The notes: generated by a model not told the origin, from the sequence alone. DNA of 64,000 nucleotides from Candidatus Nomurabacteria bacterium (GCA_023267215.1 JAHFNS010000002.1:128892-192891), one strand, 5' to 3'; counted from the stretch's first letter, positions 1 to 9,944 are shown. Made by a program: numbers and translations.

Positions 1-59
1 TAATTTTTTGTCCCTAAGCTGGGCTTAGGGGATTCCTTAAGCCCAGCTTAGGGTCTATA

Positions 60-731
60 TTATCCTCTTGATTCTAAAAATTTAACACTTTCTTCAGGAT
101 TTTCTATTAAAAGATACTGATATTTCAAAACATCCAATGGATTCAAATTCTTAACGAAAACTATTTCAAGCTGTGGCAAGTTTCTGAAACTTTTTTCTGT
201 TTTTTCGCTTCGACCACTTAAGGCAACTAAAATTCTAGGCTTTTTTGAAGCTGCAAGTGGTTTAAATCCAGAAGCTTTTGAAAGATTCTTCATGACTTCT
301 ACTGCCTTCTTTGTTTTATTATCGGACATAGAAAGTGAATCAACAAAAAGTATTTCATTATCTTTCAATTTCTTTGAAAGAACAGAGAAAAGGGCTTGCG
401 CGCGCATTTTCTTTGAAATTTTTCTTTTATAATTCTTTTCGGCTAATGGTCCATGTGTGACGCCTCCACCAACCCAAATAGGAGAACGGGTAGATCCATG
501 ACGAGCTCGTCCTGTTCCCTTTTGTTTCCATGGCTTCTTTCCTCCTCCACGTACCTCTCCGCGATCTTTCGTATCTGCAGTTCCGGCACGTTTATTTGAA
601 CGCATCCCTTCAACAACTTGATGCACTAGATCAGCACGCCATTTAGCAGCAAAAACTTTCGCTGGCAATGTTATTTTGCCTGCTTCCGCTCCTTTCTGAT
701 TATAAATTTTTGCTTCTGTTTTTGTTTCCAT
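60..731 (-). CDS. rplD: 50S ribosomal protein L4
   Basis: 223-aa ORF with conserved L4 core (GRARHGS, PIWVGGGV, KxWKQKGTG); lies downstream of rplC as in the S10 operon. Confidence 0.9.
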   Translation of the reverse strand: METKTEAKIYNQKGAEAGKITLPAKVFAAKWRADLVHQVVEGMRSNKRAGTADTKDRGEVRGGGKKPWKQKGTGRARHGSTRSPIWVGGGVTHGPLAEKNYKRKISKKMRAQALFSVLSKKLKDNEILFVDSLSMSDNKTKKAVEVMKNLSKASGFKPLAASKKPRILVALSGRSEKTEKSFRNLPQLEIVFVKNLNPLDVLKYQYLLIENPEESVKFLESRG

Positions 732-732
732 A

Positions 733-1347
733 TTATCTTGAAATTATTTCAACTAAAGTTCCACGCTTCCCAGCTATCGCTCCTTTCACGAGCATTGTAT
801 TATTTTCTTTATCAATAAATATAACTTTCAAGTTTTTCTGTGTGATACGATCTCCCCCCATTCTTCCTGCCATTCTCATTCCTTTCGGAACGTGAGTACG
901 AAGTCCTCCACCGATAGAACCTGGCTCTCTTTCAGAATGTTTCTGACCGTGTGAACGTGGACCTCCTCCGAAACCATGACGCTTTACGACACCTTGAAAA
1001 CCTTTACCTTTGGAAATACTGGAAACTTGAAGTTTATCTCCTACTACAAAAGTTGAGATATCAATAATGTCACCTTCCTTAGCATCATTCTTATCAGTTG
1101 GTTTTAATTTAAATTCTTTTAATTCTTTATAAAAAGCACCTTTCATTGCTCCACGACTACCCTTTGAAATTCTATGCTCTTTTTGGGTCCCAAAACCTAT
1201 CTGAATAGCATTATATCCATCTTTTGTCTTTTCAAAAACTCTAGTCACCGTCACTGGTTCTGCTTTAACGATAGTCACAGGAAAAACCTGTCCCTCGGGG
1301 GAAAAATATTCTGTCATATTTTCTTTTTTTCCTAATATGAATTTCAT
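733..1347 (-). CDS. rplC: 50S ribosomal protein L3
   Basis: 204-aa ORF starting MKFILGKK..MTEYF, with GKGFQGVVKRHGFGGGP and the Gly-rich C-terminus typical of L3; follows rpsJ. Confidence 0.9.
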   Translation of the reverse strand: MKFILGKKENMTEYFSPEGQVFPVTIVKAEPVTVTRVFEKTKDGYNAIQIGFGTQKEHRISKGSRGAMKGAFYKELKEFKLKPTDKNDAKEGDIIDISTFVVGDKLQVSSISKGKGFQGVVKRHGFGGGPRSHGQKHSEREPGSIGGGLRTHVPKGMRMAGRMGGDRITQKNLKVIFIDKENNTMLVKGAIAGKRGTLVEIISR

Positions 1348-1385
1348 TGTTTTTTTACTCCTAAGCTTAACTTAGGGGCTTTACC

Positions 1386-1805
1386 TTACAGCATTCTTAC
1401 GTCAATATCAACTCCCGAAGGAAGAGAAAGATTAGTAAGTGCTTCAACTGTTTTTCCATTTGGATTTATAATGTCAATCAATCTCTTATGTACTCTTATT
1501 TCAAATTGTTCTCGAGTGTTTTTGTAAATAAAAGATGCACGGTTAACTGTATATTTTTTAATTTCTGTTGGTAATGGAATTGGTCCAATAATAATTGCGT
1601 CATAACGCATGGCTGTATCTATAATTTGTTTAACTGACGCATCCAATATCTTGCTCTCGTAAGCACGAACTCTGATACGTAAAACCACTTTTCCCTCTTC
1701 TTTTTTTGCTCCAATTGTAGAGCGAACTTTTTTAGGAGAAGTTTTTCTAGGCTTTTTCTCAATTAAAACTTTTGGTTTTTTTATTTTTAATTCTTTGGTT
1801 GCCAT
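1386..1805 (-). CDS. rpsJ: 30S ribosomal protein S10 with lysine-rich N-terminal extension
   Basis: C-terminal 100 aa match S10 (LRIRVRAYE...IDIINPNGKTVEAL...LPSGVDIDV); preceded by a roughly 40-aa K-rich extension. An internal GTG near 1690 could be an alternative start. Confidence 0.85.
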   Translation of the reverse strand: MATKELKIKKPKVLIEKKPRKTSPKKVRSTIGAKKEEGKVVLRIRVRAYESKILDASVKQIIDTAMRYDAIIIGPIPLPTEIKKYTVNRASFIYKNTREQFEIRVHKRLIDIINPNGKTVEALTNLSLPSGVDIDVRML

Positions 1806-1811
1806 GGCATA

Positions 1812-3005
1812 TTAACCCAATATTTTTGTGACCACTCCTGCACCTACTGTTTTACCTCCTTCGCGAATAGCAAATCTCTGCGCTTCTTCAAGGGCAACTG
1901 GAGTAACTAATTTAACTGTGATCTTTACTGTATCTCCAGGCATAACCATTTCTACTCCTTCAGCGAGAGTTACATCTCCAGTAACATCTGTCGTACGAAT
2001 ATAGAATTGAGGTTTGTAACCTTTAAAGAATGGGGTGTGACGTCCACCTTCCTCTTTTTTCAAAACATAAATCTCACAAGTAAAATTATCATGTGGAGTA
2101 ACTGTACCTGGCTTTGCAAGGACCTGTCCACGAGTAATATCTTCTTTCTTTAATCCACGAAGCAATACTCCGGCATTGTCTCCAGCCATACCTTCTTGTA
2201 AGTTTTTGTTAAACATTTCAATACCAGTAACGGTTGTTTTTTGAGTAGGTTTAATTCCAACAATTTCTACTTCCTCACCAACCTTTACTACTCCTCTTTC
2301 TATTTTACCAGTAACAACTGTTCCACGGCCTTCGATTGAAAATATATCTTCAACAGGCATAAGGAAAGGTTTGGTAACATCTCTTACTGGAATAGGAATA
2401 TAAGTATCAAGAGCATCGGTTAATTCAAGAATTTTCTTTGCCCATTCATCGTTCAAATCTTTTGCTTCAAGAGCTTTCAAGGCAGAACCTCGAATGATAG
2501 GTGCATTTACACCATCAAAGCCTTGTTTAGTTAGAAGTTCACGAATTTCTTCTTCCACTAAATCAAGCATATCTTTATCATCAACCATATCGCATTTGTT
2601 TAAGAAAACGATCATTTTTGGAACACCAACTTGTTTTGCAAGAAGAACGTGTTCACGGGTTTGTGGCATAGCACCATCTGTAGCGGCAACCACCAAAATA
2701 GCACCGTCCATCTGAGCGGCACCTGTAATCATGTTTTTAATGTAGTCAGCGTGACCTGGAGCATCAATGTGCGCATAGTGACGAGCGTCAGTAGCATATT
2801 CATTGTGTGAAATGTTAATAGTGATTCCACGAGCTTTTTCTTCTGGGGCATTGTCGATTTGGTCAACACCACGAAGTCTGACTGTTTTACCAGCCATATT
2901 AAGCACATGCAAAATTGCCGCAGTTAAGGTTGTCTTACCATGGTCAACGTGACCAATGGTGCCGACGTTAATATGCGGTTTATCTCTTTTAAATTCTTCT
3001 GCCAT
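1812..3005 (-). CDS. tuf: Elongation factor Tu
   Basis: 397 aa with [23 protein letters not shown]-motifs and full EF-Tu domain II/III similarity. Confidence 0.95.
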   Translation of the reverse strand: MAEEFKRDKPHINVGTIGHVDHGKTTLTAAILHVLNMAGKTVRLRGVDQIDNAPEEKARGITINISHNEYATDARHYAHIDAPGHADYIKNMITGAAQMDGAILVVAATDGAMPQTREHVLLAKQVGVPKMIVFLNKCDMVDDKDMLDLVEEEIRELLTKQGFDGVNAPIIRGSALKALEAKDLNDEWAKKILELTDALDTYIPIPVRDVTKPFLMPVEDIFSIEGRGTVVTGKIERGVVKVGEEVEIVGIKPTQKTTVTGIEMFNKNLQEGMAGDNAGVLLRGLKKEDITRGQVLAKPGTVTPHDNFTCEIYVLKKEEGGRHTPFFKGYKPQFYIRTTDVTGDVTLAEGVEMVMPGDTVKITVKLVTPVALEEAQRFAIREGGKTVGAGVVTKILG

Positions 3006-3118
3006 AATATTTTTTTAATAATGAGAACTCAGTGTACGAGAACCAGTCACTAAGGCCTTATTACTAACTTGTCCGCCTCTGGCGGGCTTAATTAAACTAA
3101 TAATTTTAATGCTTTTAT

Positions 3119-3151
3119 AAAAAAACCAACAGAAAAACTGCAAAAGTGCAG
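3119..3151 (-). terminator. Rho-independent terminator downstream of pyrF
   Basis: Hairpin CTGCAAAAGTGCAG (3138..3151); on the minus strand it is followed by a T-rich run (A-run 3119..3137 on +). Confidence 0.5.
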
Positions 3152-3190
3152 TTGTTAGTATAGTAGCAAATTGATAAAAAATGTCAAATC

Positions 3191-4000
3191 TTATGACAGT
3201 GCCCTATATTTTTTAATTTCTTCAAAAAGTTTTCTAGCTTCCTCTTTTGGATTATCTGCAAAAATGATACCCCTAGAAGAATTTATTATTAATCCTAATC
3301 CTTCTTTATTTAATCCTGATTCAATGACTGATTTAACATCCCCTCCTTGTGCCCCTATCCCCGGAACAAGGAAAGTCATATCAGGGACGAATGAGCGAAT
3401 CTTTTTCATTTCTTCTGGATAAGTCGCCCCAACCACTAACATACAATTATTATTTTTATTCCAAATATTTGAAACTTTTTCCGCCACAATTTGCCAAAGT
3501 TTTTTATCTTCAATTTCTAAATCTTGGAATTCTCCTGCTCCAGAATTTGAGGTCCTACAGAGAATTATAGAAGTTTTATCTTTTCTATCTAAAAAAGGTT
3601 TCAGAGCTTCCTCCCCTAAATACGGATGCAAAGTTATCGCATCAAAATTTAACCAATCAAAAGCCATATACACATAGCCATTATTAGTATTACCAATGTC
3701 CGCACGTTTCGCATCTAGGATAGTAAAAATATCTGGATATTTTTGTTGTAAATATTCCATAGTCATTTTTAACTCTTTTAGGCCTTGGTCTCCTCTAGCT
3801 TCGTAAAAAGCAATATTTGGTTTATAAGCAGCCACATATTCATTTGTTTCTTCTATAATATATTTATTAAATTCAAATTGTGGAAATTCTAATTTTAAAA
3901 ATCTTTCAGGAATTTTAGAAAAATCTGCGTCTAAACCTACGCATAAAAGTGAATTAATTTTCTTTGCTCTTTCGTTGTATTTTTCTAAACTATTCATCAT
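3191..4000 (-). CDS. pyrF: Orotidine 5'-phosphate decarboxylase (long/type 2 form)
   Basis: LCVGLDAD, DAKRADIGNT and VPGIGAQGG motifs; last gene of the pyr operon. Confidence 0.85.
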   Translation of the reverse strand: MMNSLEKYNERAKKINSLLCVGLDADFSKIPERFLKLEFPQFEFNKYIIEETNEYVAAYKPNIAFYEARGDQGLKELKMTMEYLQQKYPDIFTILDAKRADIGNTNNGYVYMAFDWLNFDAITLHPYLGEEALKPFLDRKDKTSIILCRTSNSGAGEFQDLEIEDKKLWQIVAEKVSNIWNKNNNCMLVVGATYPEEMKKIRSFVPDMTFLVPGIGAQGGDVKSVIESGLNKEGLGLIINSSRGIIFADNPKEEARKLFEEIKKYRALS

Positions 4001-4004
4001 AAAT

Positions 4005-4676
4005 TTACCTCACCCCTTTGCCCCTCTCCTTATTAAGGAGAGGGGTTGGGGAGAGGTTCTTCTCTATTAAATACTTTTTTCCATGACCAACAGTAATATT
4101 TATCGGCACACCTGCTTTACACAAAGGACAATCCTCGGCAGAATATGTCGGTATGTAAAGATCAGAAAGTGCCCCAAAAGGCACTTTAAAAATATCTATA
4201 TCCAAATCTTTATTTTTATTTACCAAAGCACAAGCTCCAATAATGTTTCCACCAGCATTTTTTACCGCTTCTATAACTTTCAAAACAGACCCACCAGTAG
4301 TGACAATATCTTCAACTATCAAAATATTTTTATTATCTTCTACATATTTTTCATATCCACGAGTAAAAATTTGTTTACCCTCAAGACTTTTTTCAGTATA
4401 TATTCCTAAAACTTCCTTACCATACATTTCACTTAAATGCCCTGCGACATATTGAGAAAGAATAATTCCACCCAAAGCAGGACCCACAACCACTTCAATA
4501 TTTTTATCTTTATATTTTTCTGCTAATATTTTACATATTTCAGAAGTTTCTTTTGTATGTGGATATAAAAAATCTTTATTTACATAAGTGTCAAAATGTA
4601 ATCCTGAAGTACCCACAAAATGCCCCTTCGGTAATATCGCTCCAACTTTATTTAAAATATCAAGAATTTCATTCAT
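4005..4676 (-). CDS. pyrE: Orotate phosphoribosyltransferase
   Basis: PRTase PRPP-binding motif ILIVEDIVTTGGS. The C-terminal 17 aa are encoded by a palindromic repeat element (see repeat copy A). Confidence 0.85.
   Translation of the reverse strand: MNEILDILNKVGAILPKGHFVGTSGLHFDTYVNKDFLYPHTKETSEICKILAEKYKDKNIEVVVGPALGGIILSQYVAGHLSEMYGKEVLGIYTEKSLEGKQIFTRGYEKYVEDNKNILIVEDIVTTGGSVLKVIEAVKNAGGNIIGACALVNKNKDLDIDIFKVPFGALSDLYIPTYSAEDCPLCKAGVPINITVGHGKKYLIEKNLSPTPLLNKERGKGVR
4007..4058. repeat. Palindromic repeat element copy A (CCTCACCCC box + CCCCTCTCCTT/AAGGAGAGGGG hairpin)
   Basis: ACCTCACCCCTTTGCCCCTCTCCTTATTAAGGAGAGGGGTTGGGGAGAGG. It overlaps the pyrE 3' coding end and supplies a GGTGAGG SD-like sequence 8 nt before the pyrF ATG. 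Confidence 0.7.
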
Positions 4677-4680
4677 AATT

Positions 4681-5766
4681 TTATATTAACTTTTCTTTTA
4701 TCTCTCTTGCAAGATATGGGTTCCACATTGCCCCCGTAGCAGACATTACGAAATCTGCTCCTGCTTTTCTGTATTCAAAAAAATCTTCTGGTGTCATCAC
4801 TCCTCCAACACCAATAATTGTAAAATTAAATCCAAATTCTTTTCTTAATTCCTTTAACCTTTTCACCATATAAAGTCCTGCCCATTTTATCGCATGTCCA
4901 CAGATTCCACTACGAAGTCTCCCCTTACCGGGTAATGCTTGGTTCCCATTTTCATCTACAACTTCTGCAGCAATGGTATTAATAGCAGATATTCCCTGCA
5001 CAATATTACCAATCTTTTTCACAAAATTCTTTAATTCCTCAATGTCAGCAAAATATCCAATTTTTATAATTAATGGAATATTTCCAATCACTTCCTTAAT
5101 AGCTTGTGCTACTAATACTGAACGATCAGTATCATAACAAAGTAAATTATTTGTACCTTCATTGGGACAACTTAAATTTACTTCCATCACTTGCACACCT
5201 GTATCTTTTAAAAACTTGGCAGTGATACGATAATCATTAATATATTCTTCTACACTCTGTCCATTTTTCTTGGTCCCTTGAAATGCACCAACTACAATTT
5301 GTCCTGATTTCGCATATTTTATTACTTCTATTAAATCTTTCTGCCAAAAAGTTGGTTCAAAAGAAGGAACTCCAAATGAATTAGTTATAGAGAAAGGTTC
5401 CTGATAATCCCTATTCGCAACTAATTTACTTTGTGCTTTTTCTATTGTTAAATCCCCATTAATTTTTACTGATAAAATATTGGGCCATAAGTGACAAGGA
5501 TATTTCTCACTTCTAACAGTTTTATAAGTAACAATATCAAAACCCTTATCAAGTGCTGCTTTTACAAAATTACCATTAATAAGCGGACCAGCTGGAATAC
5601 CAAAGGGTGAATTTATTTTAAAACCTAAAAAATCATAAAGACGGGAAGGGCTCTCCTTCCCATTCTGGGAAGAAAAGTCCTTCCCGTCAGCAAATGCACC
5701 AAAAGGTCCATTTTTTAAATTTTCTTCATAAGATTTTTCTGGATCATAAAATGGAGTGTAAAGCAT
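4681..5766 (-). CDS. pyrD: Dihydroorotate dehydrogenase (class 1-like)
   Basis: GIPAGPLING, NLSCPN and flavin-binding C-terminal motifs (GVGGV); sits between pyrB and pyrE. Confidence 0.85.
   Translation of the reverse strand: MLYTPFYDPEKSYEENLKNGPFGAFADGKDFSSQNGKESPSRLYDFLGFKINSPFGIPAGPLINGNFVKAALDKGFDIVTYKTVRSEKYPCHLWPNILSVKINGDLTIEKAQSKLVANRDYQEPFSITNSFGVPSFEPTFWQKDLIEVIKYAKSGQIVVGAFQGTKKNGQSVEEYINDYRITAKFLKDTGVQVMEVNLSCPNEGTNNLLCYDTDRSVLVAQAIKEVIGNIPLIIKIGYFADIEELKNFVKKIGNIVQGISAINTIAAEVVDENGNQALPGKGRLRSGICGHAIKWAGLYMVKRLKELRKEFGFNFTIIGVGGVMTPEDFFEYRKAGADFVMSATGAMWNPYLAREIKEKLI
5640..5688. repeat. GC-rich nested palindrome inserted in frame in the pyrD 5' region
   Basis: 10-bp inverted repeat GACGGGAAGG/CCTTCCCGTC flanking an inner CTTCCC..GGGAAG palindrome; encodes DGKDFSSQNGKESPSR in the pyrD N-terminal region. 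Confidence 0.5.
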
Positions 5767-5780
5767 ATTATTATATTTAA

Positions 5781-6698
5781 TTATACCTCAAAAAGATATT
5801 GAAATAATGCCATACGAACATAAAGACCGTTCTCTGCTTGACGAAAATAAGCCGCACGCGAATCTTGGTCTATCTCTTGCTCAATCTCATTTACTCTAGG
5901 CAGGGCATGCATGATGATGGCTTCTTTTTTTAATTTTTCTAAATGTTTCATTTTGAGCAAAAAAGTATCTTTGACTTTTTCATAATCTTTCATATTAACA
6001 AAACGTTCTTTTTGCACACGTGTCATATATAGAACGTCAACTTTAGACAAAACTTCTTCCAAGTTTTTTATTTTTTTGAAAGAAATATTTTTTTTCTTAA
6101 AATAATCAATGTATTCTTTAGGTAATTCTAATTCTTTTGGTGAAACAAAATAAAAAGTATTTTTAGAATATAAATTCAATAGAGGGATAAGAGAATGAAG
6201 TGGTCGGCTATTTAATAAATCTCCGACAAAAGCAAAAGATAAATTGTTAAGTCGCCCATGTTCTTTTTTTATAGTATAAAGATCAAGCAAAGCCTGTGAA
6301 GGGTGTTGATTGTTTCCATCACCAGCATTTATAATCGGCTTACTTGAAACTTTAGCCGCAGCCTCTGCTGTACCCGTTTTGGAATGGCGCATTACTATCA
6401 GGTCCGCATAGGAACAAAGCATTCGTGTCGTATCTTCTATAGATTCTCCTTTATAAGCTGAGGAATTGCTTGTTGCATTCTCTACTGAAATGACACTGGC
6501 TCCCAATTTTAACGCCGCTGTTTCAAAAGACAAACGTGTTCTAGTGGAAGGTTCAAAAAAAACACAAGCAACCACTTTATCTTTTAAAACTTTTTGTACT
6601 TTTCCAGTCTTACATTCTTTCTCCATTTTTTCTGCATTTTTCAAAATTCTTTCAACATCTATCTTCGATAATTGTTTCGTATTTAAAATATGATGCAT
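5781..6698 (-). CDS. pyrB: Aspartate carbamoyltransferase catalytic subunit
   Basis: FFEPSTRTRLSFE carbamoyl-phosphate-binding motif and HPSQALLDL. Confidence 0.9.
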   Translation of the reverse strand: MHHILNTKQLSKIDVERILKNAEKMEKECKTGKVQKVLKDKVVACVFFEPSTRTRLSFETAALKLGASVISVENATSNSSAYKGESIEDTTRMLCSYADLIVMRHSKTGTAEAAAKVSSKPIINAGDGNNQHPSQALLDLYTIKKEHGRLNNLSFAFVGDLLNSRPLHSLIPLLNLYSKNTFYFVSPKELELPKEYIDYFKKKNISFKKIKNLEEVLSKVDVLYMTRVQKERFVNMKDYEKVKDTFLLKMKHLEKLKKEAIIMHALPRVNEIEQEIDQDSRAAYFRQAENGLYVRMALFQYLFEV

Positions 6699-6713
6699 AA
6701 GTTTATTTTTATA

Positions 6714-9700
6714 TTAATTTTGTAAATATTCTTTATACGACTTAATTTCCAAATCTGAAATCTTGTAATGCCCAAGAGCTTTGATAAAAGCCCTAGCTAA
6801 ATGCAAATCAGTAAATAATGGAATCTGATTATCTACTGTGGCTCTCCTTATACGGAATCCATCTGTAATACTATTTAATTTAATCTTACTCTCCAATTTG
6901 TTTTTACTCAAATTCACCACAAAGGCTACCTTCTTACTTATGATAATATCAAGAGCATTTGGGGATTGCTCAAAAGCTTTCCGCACAACCATGCAATCTA
7001 TATTGTGACTTTTTAAAAATTCTGCAGTTGTATCAGTAGCAAAAATTTTATAACCAATATTTATTAATGTATTAACCGCTTCTAAAAATTTAGCTTTATT
7101 GAGACTTCCCCCTAAAGAAAGAAGGACAGTTTTTTTATCAACATCAAACTTATTAGTACTAAAAATTGATTTTAATAACGCTTCATCATAATCTTTACCG
7201 AAACAAGCCACTTCCCCAGTAGAAGACATTTCTACTCTTAACACTGGATCAGCACCAAGCAATCGAGCAAAAGAAAATTGTGGTGATTTCACAATTACAT
7301 TTTTGGGATATATAAATTTATGTGCCAAAGCTTTGCCAAAAAAAGCATCTACTGCTATTTCAGGAAAATTCGCATCCATCGCTTTGGATAAAAGTGGAAA
7401 AGTACGGCTAGCACGCAAATTGACCTCAATAACAGATGGTCGATTGTCTTTAACTAAAAATTGAATATTAAATGGCCCGGTAATATTAAGTTCTTTAGCA
7501 ATTTTTTGAGAAATTTCTCGTAACTGAAATTCTGTAGAAGCATAAACTCTCTGGGTCGGATACACAATAGTAGCATCACCAGAATGGACACCAGCATTCT
7601 CTACATGTTCGGAAATACCATAAATCATAATCTGACCTCCTTGTGCTACTGCATCAAATTCAAGTTCTTTGGCATTTTCTATGTATTGTGAAATAGTAAT
7701 AGGATATTCCCCACTTAATACTACGGCTTTACTTACAAAATTCCGCAATTCATTTTTGTTATAACATACACTCATTGCAGAACCAGAGAGAACATACGAT
7801 GGACGTACTAAAACTGGGAAACCTTCAATCTCTATAAATTTCAAAGCTTTTTGCATGTTAGTGAAACTCTGCCATTTAGGTTGTGTAATGTTTAATTTAT
7901 CTAAAAGAGCAGAAAATAAATTTCGATCTTCGGCTCGATCAATATCAGAAGCACTGGTACCTAAAATGTGAAATCCCTCGGTAGAAAGTTTCTTAGCTAG
8001 ATTATTAGGACGTTGACCACCGACAGATATTATAAGTCCATACGCACATTCGAATTCAAAAATATCAGCTACGGTTTCAAAAGACAAATTCTCAAAATAA
8101 AGACGATCTGACATATCATAATCAGTAGAAACAGTTTCTGGGTTACAATTTATAATAATAGACTTTTTTTTGTGTCTTTTAAGCGCCATAGCCGTATAAA
8201 CACAAGACCAGTCAAATTCAACACTTGAACCAATATGATAGGGGCCACTACCAAGTACTGCAATCGCTTTATCTCCTAGTGGTAATACATCGTTATGATT
8301 ACCATGATATGTCAGATACAAATAATTCGTCTTGGAAGGCACTTCCCCAGCAAGAGTATCAATAGCAAATATGCTTGGTTTAATACCAAAACTTTTTCTT
8401 AATTTACGAATTTGAAATTCTGTCTTTCCACAGAGTATGCCAATTTTCTTATCAGAAAAACCAGTCTGTTTTAATTCAAGCATTTCTTCTTTTTTTATTT
8501 CTTTTTTTTGTTTATGAGTCTTTAACAATTCTTTTTCTACTCGTACAATATTCTCTAATCTAGACAAAAACCAAGGGTTTACACCTGTTATGTTGTAGAG
8601 ATTTTTTACTGTCATCCCCTTCATTAATCCAGCTGTCAAAGCAAAAAGACGTTTTGGTGTAGGAATAGTTAAAAATTTTTTTAATTCTTTTTCATCTTTA
8701 AATCCATTATCAGTCACACCTTCTATGAGACCTGATTGCATGCGTACTGCTTTCTGTAAAGCTTCTTCAAAACTCCTACCAATAGCCATAACTTCCCCCA
8801 CTGATTTCATAGCACTAGTGATTTGTTCTTCTGCGCCTTTAAATTTTTCCAAATCCCATCTCGGCATTTTAATAGCTACATAATCAAGGGCAGGTTCAAA
8901 AAAACTTTGCGTTACTTTTGTAATTTTATTTTTTATTTCAATTAAACTTTTACCCAAAGCAAGTTTAGCTGCCACATAAGCAAGCGGATAACCAGTCGCT
9001 TTCGATGCAAGTGCACTAGAACGAGAAAGACGTGCGTTAACTTCAATAACAAAATAATCTACTTTCCCATCCACAGTAGAAGCAGATGGATTAAGAGCAA
9101 ATTGTACGTTACATTCGCCAACTATCTTGAGACTTTGCACAATTTTTATACTTGCTTCTCTTAAACTATAATACTCTCGATTTGATAATGTTTGACTAGG
9201 TGCAATAACTATAGAATCACCTGTATGAATACCCAATGGGTCAAAATTTTCCATATTACATACGGTTACTATATTATTAAATTCATCTCTAACGACTTCA
9301 TATTCTATTTCTTTAAAGAAATGCAAATATTTTTCTATTAGGACTTGTGGACTTATCGCAAGAGCTCCCTCAACAATTTCTTCCAATTCTTTTTCATTTG
9401 TAGCTACTCCAGATTTCTGTCCACCCAAGGCAAAAGCTGCACGAATCATAAGTGGAAAACCTATTTCTTTTGCAATTTTTTGTGCTCCTTTTAGATTAAC
9501 AGCTGAACCGGAAGGTGGAATGGGAATATCAATACTTTTTAAATGATCAGCAAAAAGTTGCCGATCTTCTGTGAGTTTAATAGATTCTGTGGAAGTTCCT
9601 AAAACTTTTATATTATATTTCTTAAATACACCTTTTGCTTCTAAGTTCAAACCGCAATTGAGTGCAGTCTGTCCACCAAATGAAAGCATAATACCATCTG

Positions 9701-9944
9701 GTTTTTCTTTGGCTATAACTTTTTCCACAAAGTAATCATTAATCGGCAAGAAATAAACTTCATCTGCTAAAGATTTTGATGTCTGAAAAGTGGCAATATT
9801 TGGATTTACTAAAATAACTTTTATTTTTTCTTCCTTCAAGGCTTTTATCGCCTGACTACCGCTATAATCAAATTCACCTGCTTCACCTATTTTTAACGCG
9901 CCAGATCCCAACACTAATATTTTTTTAAATTTTTTCTTATTCAT
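6714..9944 (-). CDS. carB: Carbamoyl-phosphate synthase large subunit
   Basis: 1076 aa with duplicated ATP-grasp halves and an MGS-like C-terminal domain; overlaps the carA stop by 4 nt. Confidence 0.95.
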   Translation of the reverse strand: MNKKKFKKILVLGSGALKIGEAGEFDYSGSQAIKALKEEKIKVILVNPNIATFQTSKSLADEVYFLPINDYFVEKVIAKEKPDGIMLSFGGQTALNCGLNLEAKGVFKKYNIKVLGTSTESIKLTEDRQLFADHLKSIDIPIPPSGSAVNLKGAQKIAKEIGFPLMIRAAFALGGQKSGVATNEKELEEIVEGALAISPQVLIEKYLHFFKEIEYEVVRDEFNNIVTVCNMENFDPLGIHTGDSIVIAPSQTLSNREYYSLREASIKIVQSLKIVGECNVQFALNPSASTVDGKVDYFVIEVNARLSRSSALASKATGYPLAYVAAKLALGKSLIEIKNKITKVTQSFFEPALDYVAIKMPRWDLEKFKGAEEQITSAMKSVGEVMAIGRSFEEALQKAVRMQSGLIEGVTDNGFKDEKELKKFLTIPTPKRLFALTAGLMKGMTVKNLYNITGVNPWFLSRLENIVRVEKELLKTHKQKKEIKKEEMLELKQTGFSDKKIGILCGKTEFQIRKLRKSFGIKPSIFAIDTLAGEVPSKTNYLYLTYHGNHNDVLPLGDKAIAVLGSGPYHIGSSVEFDWSCVYTAMALKRHKKKSIIINCNPETVSTDYDMSDRLYFENLSFETVADIFEFECAYGLIISVGGQRPNNLAKKLSTEGFHILGTSASDIDRAEDRNLFSALLDKLNITQPKWQSFTNMQKALKFIEIEGFPVLVRPSYVLSGSAMSVCYNKNELRNFVSKAVVLSGEYPITISQYIENAKELEFDAVAQGGQIMIYGISEHVENAGVHSGDATIVYPTQRVYASTEFQLREISQKIAKELNITGPFNIQFLVKDNRPSVIEVNLRASRTFPLLSKAMDANFPEIAVDAFFGKALAHKFIYPKNVIVKSPQFSFARLLGADPVLRVEMSSTGEVACFGKDYDEALLKSIFSTNKFDVDKKTVLLSLGGSLNKAKFLEAVNTLINIGYKIFATDTTAEFLKSHNIDCMVVRKAFEQSPNALDIIISKKVAFVVNLSKNKLESKIKLNSITDGFRIRRATVDNQIPLFTDLHLARAFIKALGHYKISDLEIKSYKEYLQN

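Noticed and set aside
2494-2715. Numerous short ORFs antisense to or inside tuf, fusA, carA, the pyr genes, the TSP1 gene, etc. in the six-frame track
   Set aside because: They are embedded in strongly supported conserved CDSs on the other strand or frame, and they are short, low-complexity and lack SDs.
3060-3100. CCGCCTCTGGCGGG hairpin upstream of tuf as a tRNA or terminator
   Set aside because: The flanks cannot form a cloverleaf and there is no T-run on either side. It is left unannotated.
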